Shown: in pieces, positions 1 through 15,000 of the stretch | Position numbering within the stretch: position 1 is the stretch's first letter | Layout of the letters: each line of letters starts with the position of its first letter | Source of the DNA: Eledone cirrhosa | Taxonomy: Eukaryota | Direction: 5' to 3' | NCBI GenBank assembly: GCA_964016885.1 | Contig: OZ024745.1 | Span: 5,022,001-5,086,000, forward strand | DNA length: 64,000 bases | The notes under the pieces: generated by a model | The model's database searches: none | What the model saw: only the letters and a program-made list of their open reading frames with translations | Told to the model about the DNA's origin: nothing | Program-made: the position numbers and the translations under genes

Positions 1-3000
1 CACACTACATCATAGGTACCTTCATCTAGTGTAGGAGTATACCACACACTCCATCATAGGTACCTTCATCTAGTCTGGGACTATACCACACACTCCATCA
101 TAGGTACCTTCATCTAGTGTAGGACTATACCACGCACTCCATCATAGGTACCTTCATCTAGTGTAGGACTATACCACACACTACATCATAGGTACCTTCA
201 TCTAGTCTGGGACTATACCACACACTCCATCATAGGTACCTTCATCTAGTGTAGGACTATACCCCACACTCCATCATAGGTACCTTCATCTAGTGTAGAA
301 CTATACCACACACTACATCATAGGTACCTTCATCTAGTGTAGGACTATACCACACACTCCATCATAGGTACCTTCATCTAGTCTGGGACTATACCACACA
401 CTCCATCATAGGTACCTTCATCTAGTGTAGGACTATACCACACACTCCATCATGGGTAACTTTATATAGTGTAGGACTATACCACACACTCCATCATAGG
501 TACCTTCATCTAGTGTAGGACTGTACCGCACACTCCATCATAGGTACCTTCATCTAGTGTAGGACTATACCACACACTCCATCATAGCTAACTTTATTTA
601 GTGTAGGACTATACCACACACTCCATCATAGGTACCTTTATATAGTGTTGGACTCTACCAGACACTCCATTATAGGTACCTTCATCTAGTCTAGGACTAT
701 ACCACACACTCCATCATAGGTACCTTCATCTAGTCTGGGACTATACCACACACTACATCATAGGTACCTTTATATAGTGTAGTACTATACCAGACACTCC
801 ATCATAGGTACCTTCATCTAGTGTAGCACTATACCACACACTCCATAATAGGTACCTTTATATAGTGTAGGACTATACCACACACCCCATAATAGGTACC
901 TTCATCTAGTGTATGACTATACCACACACTCCATCATAGGTACCTTCATCTAGTCTAGGACTATACCACACACTCCATAATAGGTACCTTTATGTAGTGT
1001 AGGACTATACCACACACTCCATAATAGGTACCTTCATCTAGTGTAGGACTATACCACACACTCCATCATAGGTACCTTTATATAGTGTACGACTATACCA
1101 CTCACTCCATCATAGGTACCTTCATCTAGTGTAGGACTATACCACACACTACATCATAGGTACCTTTATATAGTGTAGGACTATACCACACACTCCATCA
1201 TAGGTACCTTCATCTAGTCTAGGACTATACCACACACTCCATCATAGGTACCTTCCTCTAGTCTGGGACTATACCACACACTCCATCATAGGTACCTTCA
1301 TCTAGTCGGGGACTATACAACACACTCCATCATAGGTACCTTCATCTAGTGTAGGACTATACCACACACTCCATCATAGGTACCTTCATCTAGTCTGGGA
1401 CTATACCACACACTCCATCATAGGTACCTTCATCTAGTCTAGGACTATACCACACACTCCATCATAGGTACCTTCATCTAGTCTGGGACGACTATACCAC
1501 ACACTCCATCATAGGTACCTTCATCTAGTCTAGGACTATACCACACACTCCATAATAGGTACCTTTATACAGTGTAGGACTATACCACACACTCCATCAT
1601 AGGTACCTTCATCTAGTGTGGGACTATACCACACACTCCATAATAGGTACCTTTATATAGTGTAGGACTATACCACACACTCCATCATAGGTACCTTCAT
1701 CTAGTCTGGGACTATACCACACACTCCATATTAGGTACCTTTATATAGCGTAGGACTATACCACACACTCCATCATAGGTACCTTAATCTATTGTAGGAC
1801 TATACCACACACTCCATAATAGGTACCTTCATCTAGTGTAGGACTATACCACACACTCCATCATAGGTACCTTTATATAGTGTAGGACTATACCACACAC
1901 TCCATCATGGGTACCTTTATATAGTGTAGGACTATACCACACACTCCATAATAGGTACCTTCATCTAGTGTAGGACTATACCACACACTCCATAATAGGT
2001 ACCTTCATCTAGTGTAGGACTATACCACACACTCCATCATAGGTACCTTCATCTAGTCTGGGACTATACCACACACTCCATCATAGGTACCTTTATATAG
2101 TGTAGGACTATACCACACACTCCATCATAGGTACCTTCATCTAGTCTAGGACTATACCACACACTCCATAATAGGTACCTTTATATAGTGTAGGACTATA
2201 CCACACACTCCATAATAGGTACCTTCATCTAGTGTAGGACTATACCACACACTCCATCATAGGTACCTTCATCTAGTGTAGGACTATACCACACACTCGA
2301 TCATAGGTACCTTCATCTAGTGTAGGACTATACCACACACTCCATAATAGGTACCTTCATCTAGTGTAGGACTATACCACACACTCCATCATAAGTACCT
2401 TCATCTAGTGTAGGACTATACCACACACTCCATAATAGGTACCTTCATCTAGTGTAGGACTATACCACACACTCCATAATAGGTCCCTTTATATAGTGTA
2501 GGACTATACCACACACTCCATCATAGGTACCTTCATCTAGTCTAGGACTATACCACACACTCCATCATAGGTACCTTCATCTAGTGTAGGACTATACCAC
2601 ACACTCCATCATAGGTACCTTCATCTAGTGAAGGACTATACCACACACTCCATAATAGGTACCTTCATCTAGTGTAGGACTATACCACACACTCCATCAT
2701 AGGTACCTTCATCTAGTCTAGGACTATACCACACGCTCCATCATAGGTACCTTCATCTAGTGTAGGACTATACCACACACTCCATAATAGGTACCTTCAT
2801 CTAGTGTAGGACTATACCACACACTCCATCATAGGTACCTTCATCTAGTGTAGGACTATACCACACACTCCATAATAGGTACCTTCATCTAGTGTAGGAC
2901 TATACCACACACTCCATAATAGGTACCTTTATATAGTGTAGGACTATACCACACACTCCATCATAGGTACCTTCATCTAGTCTAGGACTATACCACACAC

Positions 3001-6000
3001 TCCATAATAGGTACCTTCATCTAGTCTAGGACTATACCACACACTCCATCATAGGTACCTTCATCTAGTCTGGGACTATACCACACACTCCATCATAGGT
3101 ACCTTCATCTAGTGTAGGACTATACCCCACACTCCATCATAGGTACCTTCATCTAGTGTAGGACTATACCACACACTACATCATAGGTACCTTTATATAG
3201 TGTAGGACTCTACCACACACTCCATCATGGGTAACTTTATATAGTGTAGGACTATACCACACACTCCATCATAGGTACCTTCATCTAGTGTAGGACTGTA
3301 CCACAAACTCCATAATAGGTACCTTCATCTAGTGTAGGACTATACCACACACTCCATCATAGCTAACTTTATTTAGTGTAGGACTATACCACACACTCCA
3401 TCATGGGTAACTTTATATAGTGTAGGACTATACCACACACTCCATCATAGGTACCTTTATATAGTGTAGGACTATACCACACACTCCATCATAGGTACCT
3501 TCATCTAGTGTAGGACTATACCACACACTACATTATAGGTACCTTTATATAGTGTAGGACTATACCACACACTCCATCATAGGTACCTTCATCTAGTCTA
3601 GGACTATACCACACACTCCATCATAGGTACCTTCATCTAGTCTGGGACTATACCACACACTCCATCATAGGTACCTTCATGTAGTCGGGGACTATACCAC
3701 ACACTCCATCATAGGTACCTTCATCTAGTGTAGGACTATACCACACACTCCATCATAGGTACCTTCATCTAGTCTGGGACTATACCACACACTCCATCAT
3801 AGGTACCTTCATCTAATCTAGGACTATACCACACACTCCATCATAGGTACCTTCATCTAGTCTGGGACGACTATACCACACACTCCATCATAGGTACCTT
3901 CATTTAGTCTAGGACTATACCACACACTCCATAATAGGTACCTTTATACAGTGTAGGACTATACCACACACTCCATCATAGGTACCTTCATCTAGTGTGG
4001 GACTATACCACACACTCCATAATAGGTACCTTTATATAGTGTAGGACTATACCACACACTCCATCATAGGTACCTTCATCTAGTCTGGGACTATACCACA
4101 CACTCCATAATAGGTACCTTTATATAGTGTAGGAATATACCACACACTCCATCATAGGTACCTTAATCTAGTGTAGGACTATACCACACACTCCATAATA
4201 GGTACCTTCATCTAGTGTAGGACTATACCACACACTCCATCATAGGTACCTTTATATAGTGTAGGACTATACCACACACTCCATAATAGGTACCTTCATC
4301 TAGTGTAGGACTATACCACACACTCCATAATAGGTACCTTCATCTAGTGTAGGACTATACCACACACTCCATCATAGGTACCTTCATCTAGTCTGGGACT
4401 ATACCACACACTCCATCATCAGTACCTTTATATAGTGTAGGACTATACCACACACTCCATCATAGGTACCTTCATCTAGTCTAGGACTATACCACACACT
4501 CCATCATACGTACATTCATCTAGTCTGGGACTATACCACACACTCCATCATAGGTACCTTCATCTAGTGTAGGACTATACCACACACTCCATCATGGGTA
4601 ACTTTATATAGTGTAGGACTATACCACACACTCCATCATAGGTACCTTCATCTAGTGTAGGACTGTACCACACACTCCATCATAGCTACCTTCATCTAGT
4701 GTAGGACTATACCACACACTCCATCATGGGTAACTTTATATAGTGTAGGACTATACCACACACTCCATCATAGGTACCTTCATCTAGTGTAGGACTGTAC
4801 CACACACTCCATCATAGGTACCTTCATCTAGTGTAGGACTATACCACACACTCCATCATAGCTAACTTTATTTAGTGTAGGACTATACCACACACTCCAT
4901 CATGGGTAACTTTATATAGTGTAGGACTATACCACACACTCCATCATAGGTACCTTCATCCAGTCTGGGACTATACCACACACTCCATCATAGGTACCTT
5001 TATATAGTGTAGGACTATACCACACACTCCATCATAGGTACCTTTATATAGTGTAGGACTATACCACACACTCCCTCACAGGTACCTTCATCTAGCCTGG
5101 GACTATACCACACACTCCATCATAGGTACCTTCATCTAGTGTAGGACTATACCACACACTACATCATAGGTACCTTTATATAGTGTAGGACTATACCACA
5201 CACTCCATCATAGGTACCTTCATCTAGTCGGGGACTATACCACACACTCCATCATAGGTACCTTCATCTAGTGTAGGACTATACCACACACTCCATCATA
5301 GGTACCTTCATCTAATCTGGGACTATACCACACACTCCATCATAGGTACCTTCATCTACTCTAGGACTATACCACACACTCCATCATAGGTACCTTCATC
5401 TAGTCTGGGACGACTATACCACACACTCCATCATAGGTACCTTCATCTAGTCTAGGACTATACCACACACTCCATCATAGGTACCTTCATCTAGTCTGGG
5501 ACGACTATACCACACACTCCATCATAGGTACCTTTATCTAGTCTAGGACTATACCACACACTCCATCATAGGTACCTTCATCTAGTCTGGGACGACTATA
5601 CCACACACTCCATCATAGGTACCTTCATCTAGTCTAGGACTATACCACACACTCCATAATAGGTACCTTTATACAGTGTATGACTATACCACACACTCCA
5701 TCATAGGTACCTTCATCTAGTGTGGGACTATACCACACACTCCATAATAGGTACCTTTATATAGTGTAGGACTATACCACACACTCCATCATAGGTACCT
5801 TCATCTAGTCTGGGTCTATACCACACACTCCATAATAGGTACCTTTATATAGTGTAGGACTATACCACACACTCCATCATAGGTACCTTCATCTAGTGTA
5901 GGACTATACCACACACTCCATAATAGGTACCTTCATCTAGTGTAGGACTATACCACACACTCCATCATAGGTACCTTCATCTAGTCTGGGACTATACCAC

Positions 6001-9000
6001 ACACTCCATCATAGGTACCTTTATATAGTGTAGGACTATACCACACACTCCATCATAGGTACCTTCATCTAGTCTAGGACTATACCACACACTCCATAAT
6101 AGGTACCTTTATATAGTGTAGGACTATACCACACACTCCATAATAGGTACCTTCATCTAGTGTAGGACTATACCACACACTCCATCATAGGTACCTTCAT
6201 CTAGTGTAGGACTATACCACACACTCCATCATAGGTACCTTCATCTAGTGTAGGACTATACCACACACTCCATAATAGGTACCTTCATCTAGTGTAGGAC
6301 TATACCACACACTCCATCATAAGTACCTTCATCTAGTGTAGGACTATACCACACACTCCATAATAGGTACCTTCATCTAGTGTAGGACTATACCACACAC
6401 TCCATAATAGGTACCTTTATATAGTGTAGGACTATACCACACACTCCATCATAGGTACCTTCATCTAGTCTAGGACTATACCACACACTCCATAATAGGT
6501 ACCTTCATCGAGTCTGGGACTATACCACACACTCCATCATAGGTACCTTCATCTAGTCTAGGACCATACCACACACTCCCTCATAGGTACCTTCATCTAG
6601 TCTGGGACTATACCACACACTCCATCATAGGCACCTTCTTCTAGTGTAGGACTCTACCCCACACTCCATCATAGGTACCTTCATCTAGTGTAGGACTATA
6701 CCACACACTACATCATAGGTACCTTTATATAGTGTAGGACTCTACCAGACACTCCATTATAGGTACCTTCATCTAGTCTAGGACTATACCACACACTCCA
6801 TCATAGGTACCTTCATCTAGTCTGGGACTATACCACACACTACATCATAGGTACCTTTATATAGTGTAGTACTATACCAGACACTCCATCATAGGTACCT
6901 TCATCTAGTGTAGGACTATACCACACACTCCGTCATAGGTACATTCATCTAGTGTAGGACTATACCACACACTCCATCATAGGTACCTTCATCTAGTGTA
7001 GGACTATACCACACACTACATCATAGGTACCTTTATATAGTGTAGTACTATACCAGACACTCCATCATAGGTACCTTCATCTAGTCTAGGACTATACCAC
7101 ACACTCCATCATAGGTACCTTCATCTAGTCTGGGACTATACCACACACTCCATCATAGGTACCTCCATCTAGTGTAGGACTATACCCCACACTCCATCAT
7201 AGGTACCTTCATCTAGTGTAGGACTATACCACACACTACATCATAGGTACCTTCATCTAGTCTGGGACTATACCACACACTCCATCATAGGTACCTTCAT
7301 CTAGTGTAGGACTATACCACACACTCCATCATAGGTACCTTTATATAGTGTAGGACTATACCACACACTCCATCATAGGTACCTTTATATAGTGTAGGAC
7401 TATACTACACACTCCATCATAGGTACCTTTATCTAGTGTAGGACTATACCACACACCCCATAATAGGTACCTTCATCTAGTGTATGACTATACCACACAC
7501 TCCATCATAGGTACCTTCATCTAGTCTAGGACTATACCACACACTCCATAATAGGTACCTTTATATAGTGTAGGAATATACCACACACTCCATAATAGGT
7601 ACCTTCATCTAGTGTAGGACTATACCACACACTCCATCATAGGTACCTTCATCTAGTCTAGGACTATACCACACACTCCATCATAGGTACCTTTATATAG
7701 TGTAGGACTATACCACACACTCCATCATAGGTACCTTCATCTAGTCTAGGACTATACCACACACTACATCATAGGTACCTTCATCTAGTGTAGGACTATA
7801 CCACACACTACATCATAGGTACCTTTATATAGTGTAGGACTATACCACACACTCCATCATAGGTACCTTCATCTAGTCTAGGACTATACCACACACTCCA
7901 TCATAGGTACCATCAACTAGTCTGGGACTATACCACACACTCCATCATAGGTACCTTCATCTAGTCGGGGACTATACCACACACTCCATCATAGGTACCT
8001 TCATCTAGTGTAGGACTATACCACACACTCCATCATAGATACCTTCATCTAGTCTGGGACTATACCACACACTCCATCATAGGTACCTTCATCTAGTCTA
8101 GGACTATACCACACACTCCATCATAGTTACCTTCATCTAGTCTGGGACGACTATACCACACACTCCATCATAGGTACCTTCATCTAGTCTAGGACTATAC
8201 CACACACTCCATAATAGGTACCTTTATACAGTGTAGGACTATACCACACACTCCATCATAGGTACCTTCATCTAGTGTCGGACTATACCACACACTCCAT
8301 AATAGGTACCTTTATATAGTGTAGGACTATACCACACACTCCATCATAGGTACCTTCATCTAGTCTGGGACTATACCACACACTCCATAATAGGTACCTT
8401 TATATATCGTAGGACTATACCACACACTCCATCATAGGTACCTTAATCTAGTGTAGGACTATACCACACACTCCATAATAGGTACCTTCATCTAGTGTAG
8501 GACTATACCACACACTCCATCATAGGTACCTTTATATAGTGTAGGACTATACCACACACTCCATCATGGGTATCTTTATATAGTGTAGGACTATACCACA
8601 CACTCCATAATAGGTACCTTCATCTAGTGTAGGACTATACCACACACTCCATAATAGGTACCTTCATCTAGTGTAGGACTATATCACACACTCCATCATA
8701 GGTACCTTCATCTAGTCTGGGACTATACCACACACTCCATCATAGGTACCTTTATACAGTGTAGGACTATACCACACACTCCATCATAGGTACCTTCATC
8801 TAGTCTAGGACTATACCACACACTCCATAATAGGTACCTTTATATAGTGTAGGACTATACCACACACTCCATAATAGGTACCTTCATCTAGTGTAGGACT
8901 ATACCACACACTCCATCATAGGTACCTTCATCTAGTGTAGGACTATACCACACACTCCATCATAGGTACCTTCATCTAGTGTAGGACTATACCACACACT

Positions 9001-12000
9001 CCATAATAGGTACCTTCATCTAGTGTAGGACTATACCACACACTCCATCATAAGTACCTTCATCTAGTGTAGGACTATACCACACACTCCATAATAGGTA
9101 CCTTCATCTAGTGTAGGACTATACCACACACTCCATAATAGGTCCCTTTATATAGTGTAGGACTATACCACACACTCCATCATAGGTACCTTCATCTAGT
9201 CTAGGACTATACCACACACTCCATAATAGGTAACTTCATCTAGTCTGGGACTATACCACACACTCAATCATAGGTACCTTCATCTAGTCTAGGACTATAC
9301 CACACACTCCATCATAGGTACCTTCATCTAGTGTAGGACTATACCACACACTCCATCATAGGTACCTTCATCTAGTGTAGGACTATACCACACACTCCAT
9401 AATAGGTACCTTCATCTAGTGTAGGACTATACCACACACTCCATCATAGGTACCTTCATCTAGTGTAGGACTATACCACACACTCCATAATAGGTACCTT
9501 CATCTAGTGTAGGACTATACCACACACTCCATAGTAGGTACCTTTATATAGTGTAGGACTATACCACACACTACATCATAGGTACCTTCATCTAGTGTAG
9601 GACTATACCACACACTCCATCATAGGTACCTTCATCTAGTCTGGGACTATACCACACACTCCATCATAGGTACCTTCATCTAGTGTAGGACTATACCACA
9701 CACTCCATCATAGGTACCTTCATCTAGTCTGGGACTATACCACACACTCCATCATATGTACCTTCATCTAGTCTAGGACTATACCACACACTCCATCATA
9801 GGTACCTTCATCTAGTCTGGGACTATACCACACACTCCATCATAGGTACCTTCATCTAGTGTAGGACTCTACCCCACACTCCATCATAGGTACCTTCATC
9901 TAGTGTAGGACTATACCACACACTACATCATAGGTACCTTTATATAGTGTAGGACTCTACCAGACACTCCATTATAGGTACCTTCATCTAGTCTAGGACT
10001 ATACCACACACTCCATCATAGGTACCTTTATCTAGTCTGGGACTATACCACACACTACATCATAGGTACCTTTATATAGTGTAGTACTATACCAGACACT
10101 CCATCATAGGTACCTTCATCTAGTGTAGGACTATACCACACACTCCATCATAGGTACCTTCATCTAGTGTAGGACTATACCACACACTCCATAATAGGTA
10201 CCTTCATCTAGTGTAGGACTATACCACACACTCCATCATAGGTACCTTCATCTAGTCTGGGACTATACCACACACTCCATCATAGGTACCTTTATATAGT
10301 GTAGGACTATACCACACACTCCATCATAGGTACCTTCATCTAGTCTAGGACTATACCACACACTCCATCATACGTACCTTCATCTAGTCTGGGACTATAC
10401 CACACACTCCATCATAGGTACCTTCATCTAGTGTAGGACTATACCACACACTCCATCATAGCTACCTTCATCTAGTGTAGGACTATACCACACACTCCAT
10501 CATGGGTAACTTTATATAGTGTAGGACTATACCACACACTCCATCATAGGTACCTTCATCTAGTGTAGGACTGTACCACACACTCCATCATAGGTACCTT
10601 CATCTAGTGTAGGACTATACCACACACTCCATCATAGCTAACTTTATTTAGTGTAGGACTATACCACACACTCCATCATGGGTAACTTTATATAGTGTAG
10701 GACTATACCACACACTCCATCATAGGTACCTTCATCTAGTCTGGGACTATACCACACACTCCATCATAGGTACCTTTATATAGTGTAGGACTATACCACA
10801 CACTCCATCATAGGTACCTTTATATAGTGTAGGACTATACCACACACTCCATCATATGTACCTTCATCTAGTGTAGGACTATACCACACACTACATCATA
10901 GGTACCTTTATATAGTGTAGGACTATACCACACACTCCATCATAGGTACCTTCATCTAGTCTAGGACTATACCACACACTCCATCATAGGTACCTTCATC
11001 TAGTCTGGGACTATACCACACACTCCATCATAAGGTACCTTCATCTAGTCGGGGACTATACCACACACTCCATCATAGGTACCTTCATCTAGTGTAGGAC
11101 TATACCACACACTCCATCATAGGTACCTTTATATAGTGTAGGACTATAGCACACACTCCATCATAGGTACCTTCATCTAGTGTAGGACTATACCAAACAC
11201 TCCATCATAGGTACCTTCATCTAGTGTAGGACTATACCACACACTCCATCATAGGTACCTTCAGCTAGTGTAGGACTATACCACACACTCCATAATAGGT
11301 ACCTTCATCTAGTGTAGGACTATACCACACACTCCATCATAAGTACCTTCATCTAGTGTAGGACTATACCACACACTCCATAATAGGTACCTTCATCTAG
11401 TGTAGGACTATACCACACACTCCATAATAGGTACCTTTATATAGTGTAGGACTATACCACACACTCCATCATAGGTACTTTCATCTAGTCTAGGACTATA
11501 CTACACACTCCATAATAGGTAGCTTCATCTAGTCTGGGACTATACCACACACTCCATCATAGGTACCTTCATCTAGTCTAGGACTATACCACACACTCCA
11601 TAATAGGTACCTTCATCTAGTGTAGGACTATACCACACACTCCATCATAGGTACCTTCATCTAGTGTAGGACTATACCACACACTCCATAATAGGTACCT
11701 TCATCTAGTGTAGGACTATACCACACACTCCATAATAGGTACCTTTATATAGTGTAGGACTATACCACACACTCCATCATAGGTACCTTCATCTAGTGTA
11801 GGACTATACCACACACTCCATAATAGGTACCTTCATCTAGTCTGGGACTATACCACACACTCCATCATAGGTACCTTCATCTAGTCTAGGACTATACCAC
11901 ACACTCCATCATAGGTACCTTCATCTAGTCTGGGACTATACCACACACTCCATCATAGGTACCTTCATCTAGTCTTGGACTATACCACACACTCCATAAT

Positions 12001-15000
12001 AGGTACCTTTATATAGTGTAGGACTATACCACACACTCCATAATAGGTACCTTTATACAGTGTAGGACTATACCACACACTCCATCATAGGTACCTTCAT
12101 CTAGTGTGGGACTATACCACACACTCCATAATAGGTACCTTTATATAGTGTAGGACTATACCACACACTCCATAATAGGTACCTTCATCTAGTGTAGGAC
12201 TATACCACACACTCCATAATAGGTACCTTCATCTAGTGTAGGACTATACCACACACTCCATCATAGGTACCTTCATCTAGTCTGGGACTATACCACACAC
12301 TCCATCATAGGTACCTTTATATAGTGTAGGACTATACCACACACTCCATCATAGGTACCTTCATCTAGTCTAGGACTATACCACACACTCCATAATAGGT
12401 ACCTTTATATAGTGTAGGACTATATCACACACTCCATAATAGGTACCTTCATCTAGTGTAGGACTATACCACACACTCCATCATAGGTACCTTCATCTAG
12501 TGTAGGACTATACCACACACTCCATAATAGGTACCTTCATCTAGTGTAGGACTATACCACACACTCCATCATAGGTACCTTCATCTAGTCTAGGACTATA
12601 CCACACACTCCATCATAGGTACCTTCATCTAGTCTGGGACGACTATACCACACACTCCATAATAGGTACCTTTATATAGTGTAGGACTATACCACACACT
12701 CCATAATAGGTACCTTTATACAGTGTAGGACTATACCACACACTCCATCATAGGTACCTTCATCTAGTGTGGGACTATACCACACACTCCATAATAGGTA
12801 CCTTTATATAGTGTAGGACTATACCACACACTCCATAATAGGTACCTTCATCTAGTGTAGGACTATACCACACACTCCATAATAGGTACCTTCATCTAGT
12901 GTAGGACTATACCACACACTCCATCATAGGTACCTTCATCTAGTCTGGGACTATACCACACACTCCATCATAGGTACCTTTATATAGTGTAGGACTATAC
13001 CACACACTCCATCATAGGTACCTTCATCTAGTCTAGGACTATACCACACACTCCATAATAGGTACCTTTATATAGTGTAGGACTATATCACACACTCCAT
13101 AATAGGTACCTTCATCTAGTGTAGGACTATACCACACACTCCATCATAGGTACCTTCATCTAGTGTAGGACTATACCACACACTCCATAATAGGTACCTT
13201 CATCTAGTGTAGGACTATACCACACACTCCATCATAGGTACCTTCATCTAGTCTAGGACTATACCACACACTCCATCATAGGTACCTTCATCTAGTGTAG
13301 GACTATACCACACACTCCATAATAGGTACCTTCATCTAGTGTAGGACTATACCACACACTCCATCATAGGTACCTTCATCTAGTGTAGGACTATACCACA
13401 CACTCCATAATAGGTACCTTCATCTAGTGTAGGACTATACCACACACTCCATAATAGGTACCTTCATCTAGTGTAGGACTATACCACACACTCCATCATA
13501 GGTACCTTCATCTAGTGTAGGACTATACCACACACTCCATCATAGGTACCTTCATCTAGTCTAGGACTATACCACACACTCCATAATAGGTACCTTCATC
13601 TAGTCTAGGACTATACCACACACTCCATCATAGGTACCTTCATCTAGTCTGGGACTATACCACACACTCCATCATAGGTACCTTTATATAGTGTAGGACT
13701 ATACCACACACTCCATCATAGGTACCTTCATCTAGCCTGGGACTATACCACACACTCCATCATAGGTACCTTCATCTAGTGTAGGACTATACCACACACT
13801 ACATCATAGGTACCTTTATATAGTGTAGGACTATACCACACACTCCATCATAGGTACCTTCATCTAGTCTAGGACTATACCACACACTCCATCATAGGTA
13901 CCTTCATCTAGTCTGGGACTATACCACACACTCCATCATAGGTACCTTCATCTAGTCTGGGACGACTATACCACACACTCCATCATAGGTACCTTCATCT
14001 AGTCTGGGACTATACCACACACTCCATCATAGGTACCTTCATCTAGTCTAGGACTATACCACACACTCCATCATAGGTACCTTCATCTAGTCTGCGACGA
14101 CTATACCACACACTCCATCATAGGTACCTTCATCTAGTCTAGGACTATACCACACACTCCATAATAGGTACCTTTATACAGTGTAGGACTATACCACACA
14201 CTCCATCATAGGTACCTTCATCTAGTGTGGGACTATACCACACACTCCATAATAGGTACCTTTATATAGTGTAGGACTATACCATACACTCCATCATAGG
14301 TACCTTCATCTAGTCTGGGACTATACCACACACTCCATAATAGGTACCTTTATATAGTGTAGGACTATACCACACACTCCATCATAGGTACCTTAATCTA
14401 GTGTAGGACTATACCACACACTCCATTATAGGTACCTTCATCTAGTGTAGGACTATACCACACACTCCATCATAGGTACCTTTATATAGTGTAGGACTAT
14501 ACCACACACTCCATAATAGGTACCTTCATCTAGTGTAGGACTATACCACACACTCCATAATAGGTACCTTCATCTAGTGTAGGACTATACCACACACTCC
14601 ATCATAGGTACCTTCATCTAGTCTGGGACTATACCACACACTCCATCATAGGTACCTTTATATAGTGTAGGACTATACCACACACTCCATCATAGGTACC
14701 TTCATCTAGTCTAGGACTATACCACACACTCCATCATACGTACCTTCATCTAGTCTGGGACTATACCACACACTCCATCATAGGTACCTTCATCTAGTGT
14801 AGGACTATACCACACACTCCATCATAGCTACCTTCATCTAGTGTAGGACTATACCACACACTCCATCATGGGTAACTTTATATAGTGTAGGACTATACCA
14901 CACACTCCATCATAGGTACCTTCATCTAGTGTAGGACTGTACCACACACTCCATCATAGGTACCTTCATCTAGTGTAGGACTATACCACACACTCCATCA